Source: the human T2T-CHM13v2.0 reference genome, Homo sapiens. Taken from it: a stretch of 64,000 nucleotides of DNA. Shown piece by piece: positions 26,620 to 39,949 of this stretch (the stretch's first letter is position 1; the number at the start of each line of letters is the position of its first letter). The notes beneath the pieces are model-generated. The model had not been told where the DNA came from and did no database searches. It worked only from the letters and a program-made list of their open reading frames with translations. Made by a program: the position numbers and the translations under genes. Location of the stretch: NCBI RefSeq assembly GCF_009914755.1, contig NC_060940.1. One strand, 5' to 3'.

Positions 26620-26910
26620 TGGCTGATAGAATGGATGACTGATTGGCAAACAGAAATATTCATGGCTGCCAAGCTGACGGAGGAGACTTATTCACTTGCT
26701 CAATCCCTCCCTGGCTCAGGGGTTGACTGGCTGGCTGACTAGAGCTGCCTGGCAGACTGGCTAGTTAACTTGCTAGCTGACTGGTTGGCTAGCTGCAGGG
26801 ATGGTTTCCTGACTAGCTAAGTGCCCGATTAAAGGGATGACAAGTTGCACAGCTGCCTGCTACACTAGCTCAGAGGTCGGTCAGTTGTCTGACTGACAGT
26901 TTGCCAGACT
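26620..26910. repeat. Degenerate 4-nt periodic repeat (GGCT/GACT/AGCT)
   Basis: gactggctggctgactagagctgcctggcagactggctagttaacttgctagctgactggttggctagct. Confidence 0.65.
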
Positions 26911-27387
26911 AAATTAATAACCGATGTGCAAGATCACACATATTCTGGAGGTGGTCTCAGCTGCATACTCACACTCACTCAGGCTGCAAGATTATGCAAA
27001 TATCCAGACCACATTTGTGTAGCCTGTGACTGCATAAAATTCACAGCTCCATTTGAGAAGACTTTTTATACCTGAGGAACTCAAAATTCCTGATGTTTAA
27101 TATTCTATAACCAGAGACCATTTGAAAAGAACTGGGGCTCTGTCTATGGATGGTTTATGTGCTAGGGCAAAAGTAAAAATGAATGCGTTAGGGTGTTTGC
27201 TTAAATCTAAAAGAGGCCAGCCATAGGTGGTGAGGGTGTAGATGATCAGTAGCCGTTTTGTAAGAGTTAGTAAGTTTCCTTCCCATGTTAGAGAAATGGG
27301 TAATAAATTTTCCTGTGGTGACACAGATTCATGTAATCAGACCGACTACATCTCTCAGGGAGTCAATCTTATAAAGAAAAATAAGTA

Positions 27388-27665
27388 TGCCAGGCATGGT
27401 GGCTCAAGCCTGTAATCCCAGCATTTTGGGAGGCCGAGGCGGGCAGATCACCTGAGGTCTGGAGTTCGAGACCAGCCTGACCAACATGGAGAAACCCTGT
27501 CTCTACTAAAAATACAAAATTAGCTGGGCACGGTGGCACATGCCTGTAATCCCAGCTACTCAGCAGGCTGAGAGAGGAGAATAGTGTGAATCCAGGAGGC
27601 AGAGGCTGTGGTGAGCCGAGATCGAGTCATTGCACTCCATCCTGGGCAACAAGAGCGAAAATCCA

Positions 27666-27705
<40 letters not shown>

Positions 27706-27714
27706 ACACACACA
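27388..27714 (+). mobile_element. AluSp with (CA)n in place of poly(A)
   Basis: cctgaccaacatggagaaaccc, aagagcgaaa; (CA)n at about 27667-27714. Confidence 0.92.
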
Positions 27715-28099
27715 TTGATTAAAAACAATTCAACCAGTATTCATCTATCCATTAAGGAACTGCTCCCCCTTTTCCTGTGTTCTAATGAAATTATCCGTCA
27801 AAGTGCCTTGTTCACCTATCAACCTGATGGATTCAGTCCAAATCCTCTTTCCAAAGAGTTAACAGAGGGATTTAGCAATATAGATTATGTCATGTTCTTA
27901 GAGGGGAATTCCCTAGTTGTAGGGACCCTTTTGGTCAAGTTTCTGAAGGCTCTTTTTTCAGAACTAAGACGTTTCCAAGTAGAAAATAAAGCCAATAAAA
28001 AGAAAGAAGAGCTGAGACAAAGAGGTAAGAGAAACAAAGCATAGAAAAGAGGGGAGAAGATAGTAAAAGGGGGGACTCCCAACTGCCCAACTTCGGAAA

Positions 28100-28222
28100 T
28101 TCTATTCAGACACACCCAAATTGGACACTGGACTTTCCAATATTGTGATTCAACAAAGTCCCTCTCATCCTGAGCTGATTTTGAGTCCTCTCACGTGTAA
28201 TAAAAATGTTCAGAATAATATA
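28100..28222 (+). mobile_element. Old MLT1 LTR 3' fragment
   Basis: ctggactttccaatattgtgattcaacaaagtccct...tcacgtgtaataaaaa. Confidence 0.45.
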
Positions 28223-31089
28223 GAGCCACAGTTTCTTTAAATTATGTTGATAGATTGATTCATTATTTTAAAAAATATTTGTTTAAAACTTACAAGATGG
28301 AGGTAATACAATGGTATGCAAATTATATTAATGCGAAGCAATATAAAGAAAAATATCACTACCTAAAATATACAAAAAATTACCATCGCAAAATAATTAT
28401 CACTAGCAGAGCATGTCAAAAATAGAAGGACTTTGACAGGTATGTGTGGGTAATAGAAGGTTTATGATTAAAATATTTTCAATAAATACTATTTCTCTCT
28501 TTTTTTGACTGTAATAATCGAGTCATTACCTGTATTTTTTGTGAGTAAATAAACATGTCTTGAGTTTAATCAGCATAACCAAAATAACTGATTTTGCATG
28601 TGTATCATTACTAAAAATGTCTTCTTACTGGGCCTTTATCTGCTTGGTAGGTGCCTCTTACCCATTAAAGTCCATCAAAATAGCTTCAAGCTCTGTTATT
28701 TTATCTAAGAATCTCTCTCTCCATGTGTATCTCAGGTTACCATGTGTTCTTTCTTTAGTGTTTCTGACTTACTAAGTAATATGCGTTTAACTTAATCATA
28801 ATTTCACATAATAATTATTGTACATATTTTTGTGTGTGCTGAGTTTGTCCAGGATGGAAAAGACTTATTTTACATCTTATGTCTCTCAAAGATTTGTCTG
28901 GTACTTAATTTATATGAAGTGGCCAATAAATGCTAATTATAAAATTGAATAAACAAAATATATTAACTCAAATATGAGATATTTAGCTTCACTCCTTCAA
29001 TGATCTTTTTTTCTTTGCAAGTATAAGCCAAAGCAAATTTAGCTAATGATAAATATCTATGTAATTCATAATGAGCATTAACTTTTTGCTTTTCTCATCT
29101 CTTATTTTCTTTTTGAGTTAAAAGATTCCCTGGGAATGAAGTTTAAAAACTCTTATGATTCTATTAGTGTGGATAACTGGCATTTTATAATATTTAATTA
29201 TCAAATAATCTTTCAGAGCCCTTAAGTTATTTGAACTCATGAAGGATGTAGAAAATCACACATAATCGTATTTTGTAATCAACCAGAAAGAAATTGTCAG
29301 TGTTCACTGTAAAACATTTGTAACTAAGTTGTTAGTTTATGAGGGTTAAATTAGGCCAAATATAATATTTCACTCTGTGTATTCTCAATATTTCTGCATA
29401 TTAAATTAAGATGACCTAAATTCACTTAAGGTCCATACATCTATTACCCTAATGACCCCAAAGCCAAGTCACGCCATGACATTTCTGCTAGTCATGCCAA
29501 GCCATTTCTCTCATGTTTATTTTGTAAAATGTGGATAATAAGGAGGATCCCATAAGATTTTTCAAAGAATGTAATAGATATGCCTGCATGTATGTGTAGA
29601 CAGACAAATATAGACATATAAATATTTTATCCTAAAATTTCTCTGTCTCTATATATATGATGCATATCATATATTATATATATGAAACTTAGAACAAGTT
29701 CTGGCCTTGGTAACTTCTGTATATGGTTTTCTGTTTACTCATAGCGATGATAACTCCTGTTTTAGCTTCATTAGCCAGAAACTAGAACTGGAGGAAAAGG
29801 GACTACAGTTCAAGGAAGCAGACCAACAAAAAGCATACTAAATCGGAGAAGGCAAGACAGCCAGTATATCATGGGACAGTTTTCTGAGAATCTGCTTAAG
29901 CACTGCATTTAGTAGTCCTTTCAGGATAAGGCATGAGAAAATAAATATATGAGCCAGCTTTATCCCTCACATATCAAACATTAAGTCCCCGTGGCATTAA
30001 CTTTATTGTACTTCTGAGTTGTGTTTGGGCATGAAGGGAGTCTCATACTCAGCATTAATAGTATAATCCTGGGGTGAGAAGGAAAGATGTATGTTACCCA
30101 TTTAAAATACTAAAAGCATGTTACTCATACAAAAGATGTAACAAATGCATAATTAGAGCATCAGAAGAACAAAGAGAAAACTGAGAAAGAAATACTTCAA
30201 GTAATAATGACTAAAAACTTTCCAAAATTTATTATAGTCACAAAACTATGGATTTAGAAAGCTCAGGGCTCACAAAGCAGAAAAAGACAAAAACTATAAC
30301 TGAATGTAGCATAGTTAAACCGTAGAAAAACAAAGACAAGTAAAAAATCTTGAAGGAAACCAGAGCAGGGTGGAAGAACTCCCTTCATATAGAGGAGCAA
30401 GGATAAGAATTTCACAGTGACTTTCTAACCAGAAACCATGGAAGCAAGACGACATCTGACTGAAATGCAAACTATCAAAATTCACACAAAGTGAAACGGA
30501 CAACTTGCAAATCCCTATATCTATTAAAGAAGAGTATTCAATAATTAATAACCTTCTGAAAAGCAAACCACCATGGACAGATGGTTTCATTGGTGAATTC
30601 TATCCCACATTTAAGTAAGATAATACCAATTTTCTACAATATTTTACAGAAATACAGGCAAAAGCAAAACTTTCCAAATAATTCTGAGGCCAGACTTAAT
30701 AATATCAAACCAGATTGGCATTATAGAGAAAGCAAAACATTATGAACACAGTATAAGAAGGAAAAAAATCTACAGGTTGATATCTCTCATGAACATAGTC
30801 ATTAAAATCCTCAAGAAATATTAGCAAATTGAATCCAAAAATAGATATACAGAATTTTACAACATAACTGGTTGTGATTTATTCCAGGAACACAGCATTC
30901 CTCAACATTTATAAGACAAACAGTGTATCTACCATATTAACAAACTAAAAGTGAAAAAAGTTGTATAAACAGAAAAAACAAGGGACAAAAGTTCAACAAA
31001 TATGTATGATTTTAAAAAAACTTAGCAAATTTAGAATGGTGAAGAACTTCTTCAAATTGATATAGAACATCTGCAAATAACATACATAA

Positions 31090-31460
<371 letters not shown>

Positions 31461-32361
31461 AATTTTTTTTTTTTTTTACCACTCCTATTCAACATCTTAT
31501 TGAAAGTCCTAACTAGTGCAATAAGATAAGAAAAGGAAAGGAAATGTACACAGATTGGAAATAAAGATCTCTATCTGCAGATGGCACGATTGTCAAATGG
31601 ATACAGGAGTCAACTGAAAGCTTACAATGACCAAAGCTGAAAAAATAACAAAACAAGGTAGTGCTGCATTATAACACAAAATATAAAATAAATATTCATG
31701 AGGCCATACTTATATAAATATGATTGAATAAATAAAGAGAATTCTCTTTACAGGATTATTCAAAATATTTTAAATTACAGTCTGTAAATAAGAGGTAGAC
31801 CATAATTGCCATTCCTTAGGTATAGACTATCCATAGTGATTGTCTTTCCAGACAATGTGGTATAGAAAGGAAGAACAAAAGAGAAGAAATTCATAGTGAA
31901 ACAACCTGATAAATAACTTCTCAAGCCAGCTGACCAAGGTTAACATTAACAGTGATTAGTTATATTGACTGCATGCACTTTTATAGGAGGCGATATAAAC
32001 AGCACTTCCTCATCTCTACTGTCTTCCTCCCAAAAAACCTTACCCCAGGCTAATCATGAGAAAACCATGAGACAAAAATACCAACTAAAAGCCATTCTAT
32101 AAAATACTTGTCCAGTAATCCTCAAAAATGTCAAGGTCTTCAAAAATAAGGGAAGCGTGAGAAACTGTCATAACTAATAGGAGCCTCAGAAGATACAACT
32201 ACTAAATGTAATGTATTCTAGAGGAGCTTTTGACATGTAAAATGAACATTAGGGAAAACCTGGGGAATTACAAATAAACTATGGACTTAAGTTGACAATA
32301 ATGTATCAAGATCAGTTTTATTAATTGTGATCAGTGTACCAGGATAAAGTTTTAAAAATAG

Positions 32362-32652
32362 ATCAGGGCACATTGGTTCATGGCTATAATCTCAGCTCCT
32401 TAGGAGGCTGAGGAGAGAGGAGTGTTTGAGGCCAGGAGTTGAGAACATCCGGGACAACAAAATGGGATTTCTTCTATTAAAAAAAAAATGGGTAAAAAAT
32501 TAGCCAGGTATGGTGGAGCGTGCTTATGGCTCCAGCTACTTTAGAGTCTTAGGTGGGAGGATTTCCTGAACTCACGAGTTCAAGGATGCAGTGAGCTATG
32601 ATTGTGTCACTGCACTCCAGCTTGGGCAATAGAGCTTGACCTTCTCCATTAA
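32362..32652 (+). mobile_element. AluJ, followed by a GA-rich tract to about 32720
   Basis: gagttcaaggatgcagtgagctatgattg. Confidence 0.85.
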
Positions 32653-35418
32653 GGAAGAAGAAGAAGGGGAAGGCGGAGGGGAAGGGGAAGGAGGAGGGAA
32701 AGGGAGAGGGGGAGGAGAAAAATTGGGTATAAAGTATACAGAAAGTCTCACTACTATCTTTACAATCATTTCATAAATCTAAAATAGCTGTAAAATTATG
32801 TCTATTTATCTATCATTTATCTAGACAGAGAGAGAGTGTGTTCACATGAGAGCGCTACTCAGCTGAATGTGTAAGGTGTGATTTAGGGGAATGAGAACAT
32901 TACAAGAAAGGTGTTTGGAAGCATTCTGAAGCAAAGATATGTCTTAGGAACTGAAAAACATTTGGTATACCTGGAGAGGAAAGCTTGAGAAAGTATGTGG
33001 TAAAATATGAATCTAATCATCCAGAGAAGGGCTATTTCATTAAGGGTTTCATAAGCTATTTTAAAAGGTTTAGTCTTTACATTTAGGATAATGGGAAATC
33101 TTCCATGAATTGGAAGCCAATAATCAACTCGATAGTATTTTTGTGTTGGTAGGATAATTCTGATCCAAAGGACCCAAGGGAGGTAAGACCAGGGTATAAG
33201 ATAGTTCAGGGAAACCATAATGGAGTCCAAGATATGTAAAATGGCAATGGGGATGTAAAAGAGTAGATATAGAAGGAAAATTATATGTGATACTTCTGAA
33301 ATATTGAAGTTGAGAAATGAGAAATTTGAAAAATCATAGATAATGCCTTTTTCTTTTAAGCAACTAGATTCAAACCTAGGCTTTTAGAATTCAAAGCCAT
33401 TGTTATCTTACTCTTGCTGCTATGTCATTTGTGATGAGAATATCTAATCCATGTTCCTCTCTTTATAACCATTCTAACATAAGGTTTATGTGTGTGGTGG
33501 GGAAGGTGATGGGAAGTAGGAGGTGGACTACGTTTATTTATAGATTTGCAGAGTATAACATTTCTCTGTTTCATAGTACCAAGGAGATTTTAAAACTAAC
33601 TGGCTCACACACAGGTTTTTCCTAAAAGAATTTCAGCCACCATTTGTGGAATGTGTTCAAAGTGACAGGCAAAGCACTGGAAAACAGGTTCACATTTAAT
33701 CTTCTAAGTGACTTTGTAAAAATATACTTGAATTCCCATTTTCTAAGATGAAGAAAACAAGTGTAAAATAGGATAAATAAATTGCTAAGGAACTGAAGTT
33801 TATTAAGTGTGACAGAATGATTTAAGACTACATTTGCCTAATTCTGAATCCCGTTCTTTTATAAAACATCACATTAACTTCCAGTAATAAAAGCACTCTA
33901 TGCTATTATAGGAACGGGAAATTCAAAGGAAAGGAGTTGACCCCGTATAAAACCCACCTTTGAAAATTTCAAGTAGCTATATTTATGAGGAGAGTTGAAA
34001 AAGAACTAGTGAATAAAGTGGGTTTTTTTACTATCTTAAATGATAACTTCTCAAGGCTTGTTCCTTCAAAAGGCTTGAGTCATTTCTGTTTGAGTGCGTC
34101 TTGGTGGAAGGAATGAAAGAGCTTCATGATGACACAGTTCAAGAGTTGCTACATAAATCAGGCAGCATGAATGATCCCATTATCTGGTCATGGATCCCTG
34201 GCTGCAAGGAGCTTTTGCTAAAGGTAAATCCACAGATACATCAACATAGCGAGGACCTTCTAAAAGTCAATGCCTGATTCCAATATTAGATGATGGGATG
34301 TGTGCGATGACACAGGACAGATTGAAATCTTTTGTGGTGCAAATTTATCACTTTGGATATGACTTTTTATGCTCTGATATAAAAATGACAAGAGAATGTC
34401 ACAAAGCAGGTAGGGATGAGAAGTCCAAGTAATATTATAAAGAATATACTCAATGGCCAAGAAATGCACCTGCTCAGGTCTCTGGGCCAAGGAAATAAAG
34501 CAGAACACCACACAGTTTATTAGGTACTTGGATTCATGGAATAGACCACTCATGTCTGGCATAGACCACAAATTTAATAATTCTCACAATGCAAATTAAT
34601 TTATGTTTCAGAGAATGTATTTGTTTTCATCACTGAAATGCAGATATCAAGACTTCATTAATCTAAAATAATTTTTGAATTAATTCAATTAGGTCTGGCA
34701 TGAGAAATGCGGACATACAAATAGAAATATTAGCTAAACATTGATAAGGACACATAATGACTCATGCATTGTACTAAATGCTTTATAGGAGTTATCATAA
34801 TCAAAAATCATTGAAACTTCCCAAAGTAGGAACATTTGCCATCCCCATGCAACTGATGAATCATGAATGTCTGATACACAGATCAGAGTTCAATTAGCCT
34901 CATTCCAAAATCTTTAATTAAAACATAGAAACCAATATATATTTATGGTCTTTTATATGTCAAAGTCCATTTGCCATGTCTTCTACTTAGGATATTTCTA
35001 ATACTCTTCAGATTTTTGTACACTTGGATCATAATCTTCTGTTTACATCATAATAGAGTTATGCTCATGATGAATAACTATCACATATTAAGTAGCAAAA
35101 GTAGTTTTTAAATTATTACTACTATTTCTAAGTCTATGCTCTTTCCCACTATGTTACAGTAAATGAGAAACTTTACAAACTAGATACTTGATAAAACCTG
35201 TTTATGCTACTTTCTTCTCATTATTTTGTCTTTTCAAATGGGAAAAAAGAAAAAACTATGTTTTTAAATCTCTTATTTGTATTTATATCAATATATACAA
35301 AATGCCTTACATTTTGGACACTCAGTATTGATTAAATGAATAAATAAACATGTAATAGATTTGTATATGAGTCTACGATTCAGAAGGTTTCATTTACTGT
35401 GGAGACTCATGAACTCCC

Positions 35419-35790
35419 TGTATTAGTCTGCTTTCGTGGTGCTGATAAAGACATACCTGAGGCTGGGCAATTTACAAAAGTAAGAAATTTAATTGGACTT
35501 ACAGTTCCACATAGCTAGGGAAGACTCATAACCATGGTGTAAAGCAAGGAGGAGCAAGTCCCATCTTACACGGATGGCAGCAGGCAAAGAGAATGACGAA
35601 GACACAAAAGAGAAAACCCCTGATAAAACTATCAGATCTGTGAGACTTATTCACAAACACAAAACAGTATGAGGGAAACTGCCCCCATGATTCAATTATC
35701 TCCCATCAGGTCCCTGCCACAACACGTAGGAATTATGGGAGTACCATACAAGATGAGATTTGGGTGGGGACACAGAGCCAAACCATATCA
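35419..35790 (-). mobile_element. THE1A/B MaLR solo LTR
   Basis: tgtattagtc...gctgataaagacatacc...ggatggcagcaggcaaaga...gagccaaaccatatca. Confidence 0.9.
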
Positions 35791-35815
35791 CCGCCTCATA
35801 AAGAGTGAACATTGG

Positions 35816-36113
<298 letters not shown>

Positions 36114-36139
36114 CTAAGTTTCAAAAAATGAAAGTCCTG

Positions 36140-36551
36140 ACAACCTAAATGTCCATCAACCCATGAGTGGATAAAGAAAATGTGGTATATATACACCATT
36201 AAATACTACTAAGCCACAAAAAAGGAATGAAATAATGGCATTAACAGCAACTTGGATGGAGTTGGAGATCATTATTCTAAGTGACGTAGCTCAGGAATGG
36301 AAAACTAAATTTCATACATTTTCACTTACAAGTGGTTGCTAAGCTATGAGGATGCAAAGGCATAAGAATCATCTAATGGACTTTGGGGATTCGGGGGGAA
36401 GGGTGGGAGGGGGGTGAGGGATAAAAGACTACACATTGAGTACAGTGTATACTGCTCAAGTGACGGGTGCACCAAAATCACAGAAATTACCACTAAAGAA
36501 CTTACCCATATAATAAAAAACTACCTGTTCCCCAAAACTATTGAAATAAAA
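36140..36551 (+). mobile_element. L1PB 3' end
   Basis: gctaagctatgaggatgcaaaggcataaga...ggataaaagactaca...caccaaaatc...cactaaagaactta. Confidence 0.9.
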
Positions 36552-37029
36552 TTAAGTAAGCACTCTAGAACTGTAAATATATAAAGTCCTAGAATATATA
36601 ACATACATTTGTCACAGCTCAAATTAGTTATTGCTCAGTCCAAGTGAGAGTTGTATTTCACTTATGGTATTCGGTGTTTCTTTTCCTATATGTATATCTC
36701 TGGCCTGTTTAAAAATGTTGCTGAGTTTTTAATGAATTGTTCTAGGAGTTTTAAAGTCATTCAGGTACACCCTATGTCCAATTTGTAGCTTAGTTTGCCA
36801 GTACTCTGTGATTTATCTGAATAAGAGCCTACTGTCTGAGGAAATGTTTAATTTTTGTTGTTAGAATATTTTGAAATTAAATTTGTGTTATTTTCCAAAG
36901 TTTTTAAGTCAATACTTTTGACATGAAATATAGATATTTAAGTTTTTTTTTTTTAAAATTTAAAATCGGGGCACACAATTTTGATTTTCTTTCTTAGGAA
37001 ATGTTATTGGAACTAGTGGGGACTCAGCA

Positions 37030-37250
37030 CTGTCAGACTGTGATAGCTAAGATGCATCTTGGGACTGGATTGCCTAGGTTCATATTTGCCATTATATATT
37101 GTAACTTTGGGCAAGATACTTAAACTCTCTGTATCTCAGCTTCCTTCTTTGTAAACTGACTTTGACTGTAACATCTAACCCAAAGGATAAATTTGGTATA
37201 TGTAAAGTACTTAGAAAAATTCCTAGCTCACTATAAGTATGCAAAAATTG
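37030..37250 (+). mobile_element. MIR
   Basis: actttgggcaagatacttaaactctctgtatctcagcttcctt. Confidence 0.8.
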
Positions 37251-38019
37251 TTATCCGTTTCATGTCATATATACATGTATAAAAACACATGCATATATAT
37301 TCTCTGCAATTTATTTAGTATGTGAAATTTGCAAAAAGCGTTTTGTATATATATGATACTTATATATTTGTGCATATATATATACACATATATAAACACA
37401 TACACACACAAATATGTGTTTGTGGTGATTTTTTTCTGGATCATAGAGTATGTCTTTTAGATTTTTTTATTTAATATTGAATTTTAATTTCATATATGTG
37501 ACTGTATGCAGGTAAAATGGATAAATAATTAATATCATTTACTTTATAATTACACCAAAGATAAATATTTTATTGCTGAGGGTTTGTTAATTACCCCACC
37601 TTGCCAAAGCACACGTGTAATGAACAGCATTAGTGCTATATTTAAATCCAATCTATGCAAATCCAATATAATGCTTCAAAATATTGCTGTTTATTATTTA
37701 ATCAAATGCACACTCTACAGTTAATTTATGGATTATCCTAATGATAAAAATCTTGTTTACCTCCAACTACTTCCTATCACAAGCTTGCCTAAGATGATAA
37801 TGTGGTTTATGAAGAGAAGGCTTCACAAATACATCAAATGTTTAGAGATAGTATGAGAGAATTACTTCATTGTACAGAGAAACACCTAAGTTGAAATTCC
37901 ACCTCACATAATTTGTAAGAATAATACCCTTGGAATATTCTTATATGTGAATTCTTATGGTTATTTGTGACAATGTTGCATAGATGATATATCAGGGATG
38001 TGATTTTCTTAGTCAAGGC

Positions 38020-39060
38020 CATATATGTACGAATGGCCACTGCTTTTTCAAATGGCAACACTGGCTTGCAATCTAAGCACTACTCAGAGGCTTTTCATTC
38101 CTACACTTTCTCAAGCATTATCTTGCTTTATAGCTTACATAAATTATAATGCAATTTGATCTCCCTCTGTTCTGTAAATTTTTATTTCTTTGAATGTACT
38201 TACTTTTATATAATTGTCATACATTTGTATTCCCTTACGTGACTTACCAATTGATATAACGTATCTATTTTACTTTATTTCCTGTCATTTGCTTGACTTG
38301 CAGCAAAACCTTATAAAATTCAAGTTGTTAATAATTTGCAGTTTTAAGTTTAGCAAATAACTTGTCCCAATTTGTCATTGTCTGTTATATTTGTCTGTGT
38401 TTTTAATTTTCCAACACAAATCCTCAGTTTCAGTGGAGTTTAATCCATCATTTTTTCTTAGTTTATATTTTCCAGGAATTAATATAGGATATTTTACCTC
38501 AAAAAACAATGGTATACTATAATTTCCTCTATCATCTCTTTATAATTCTAAATTTTATATTTAAATATGCAAACCCTATATGATTAATTTTGCATATTTG
38601 GAAGCTTTTATGTTATTATTTTCCATATAATGAAGGTTCTGTCAATGTATTCATAAACTAATCAGTTCTTTCATACATGAGCTTGATGTATATCTATGAT
38701 AAACTAAGTTCTTACACATGGAAAGATACAATTCTGAGTCTCCTGTTCATTTCTTTATTTGTCTTGTCAGCTAAAGTAAATAGTTTTAATTATACTTTTG
38801 GAAAATATTTTAAAACTAGTAGAATAAATCTTCTGTGTTTACTCATGATTTTTATTATTTCCTTGAGCTTTCATAAGCCTTTTTTAATGTAGATTTTCCA
38901 GAGAAATGCAGTAGAAATTGTATTGGATTTCCAAATGTTTATAATTTTATGAAGGATAATTGGCATTTTTATAATATTAAATGATTACATTTATCAATGT
39001 TATATATTTTTATTTTTGTTTTGTTTTGTTATTAAATCCTTCCAGTTTCTCAGTTTTATA
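38020..39060 (-). mobile_element. Ancient L1ME-like ORF2 remnant
   Basis: Weak reverse-L1 motifs (gaaattgtattgga...aattggcatttttataatatt). Confidence 0.5.
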
Positions 39061-39904
39061 AGACTTTTTTCATACTTTTATTTTAGGTGCAGGGGTACAT
39101 GTGTGTGTTTGTTACATACATAAATTGTGTGTCACAGGGGTTTGGTGTACGAATCACTTTGTCACCCAGCTAATAAGCCTAATAGCAAATAGGTAGTTTT
39201 TCTAACCTTTCTCTACTCCCACCCTCCCCACTCAAAGTAGGCCCCAGTATCTTTTGTTCCCTTCTTTGTGTCCATGTGTTCTCACTTTTTAGCTCCCACT
39301 TATAATTTAGAACGTGGTATTTGGTTTTCTGTTCCTGTGGTTAGTTGGCTTAGGATAATGGCCTACAGCTCCACCCACGTTGCTGCAAAGGGCACAATCT
39401 TATTTGTTTTTATGGCTGTGTAACATTCCATGGTGTGAATGTACCGCATTTTCTTTATCCAGTCTACCTTTGACGGGCATTTAGGTTGATTTTATGCCTT
39501 TTCTATTGTAAAGAGTGCTACAGTGAAAATATACATGCATCTGTCTTTATGGTAGAATGATTTATGTTCTTTGGATATATACTCACTAATAAGATAGCTG
39601 GATCTAAAGGTATTTCTGCTTTAAGTTCCTTGAGAAATTGTCAAATGGTTTTCCACAATGGCTGAGCTAACTTATATTCCCACCAACAGTGTATAGCATT
39701 CCTTCTTCTCTGCAACCTTGCCAGCATCTGCTATTTTTTGACTTTTTATTAGTAGCCATTATGGCTGGAGTGAGACAGTATCTCATTGTGGTTTTGAGTT
39801 GCATTTCTCTAATGATTAGTAATGTTGAGCAGTTTTTGTATATGCTTCTTGGCCACATGGATGTCTTCTTTTGCAAAGTGCTCATGTCCTTTGCTCACTT
39901 TTTA

Positions 39905-39906
<2 letters not shown>

Positions 39907-39947
<41 letters not shown>
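39907..39947. repeat. (GT)n microsatellite
   Basis: Directly visible. Confidence 0.95.
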
Positions 39948-39949
<2 letters not shown>

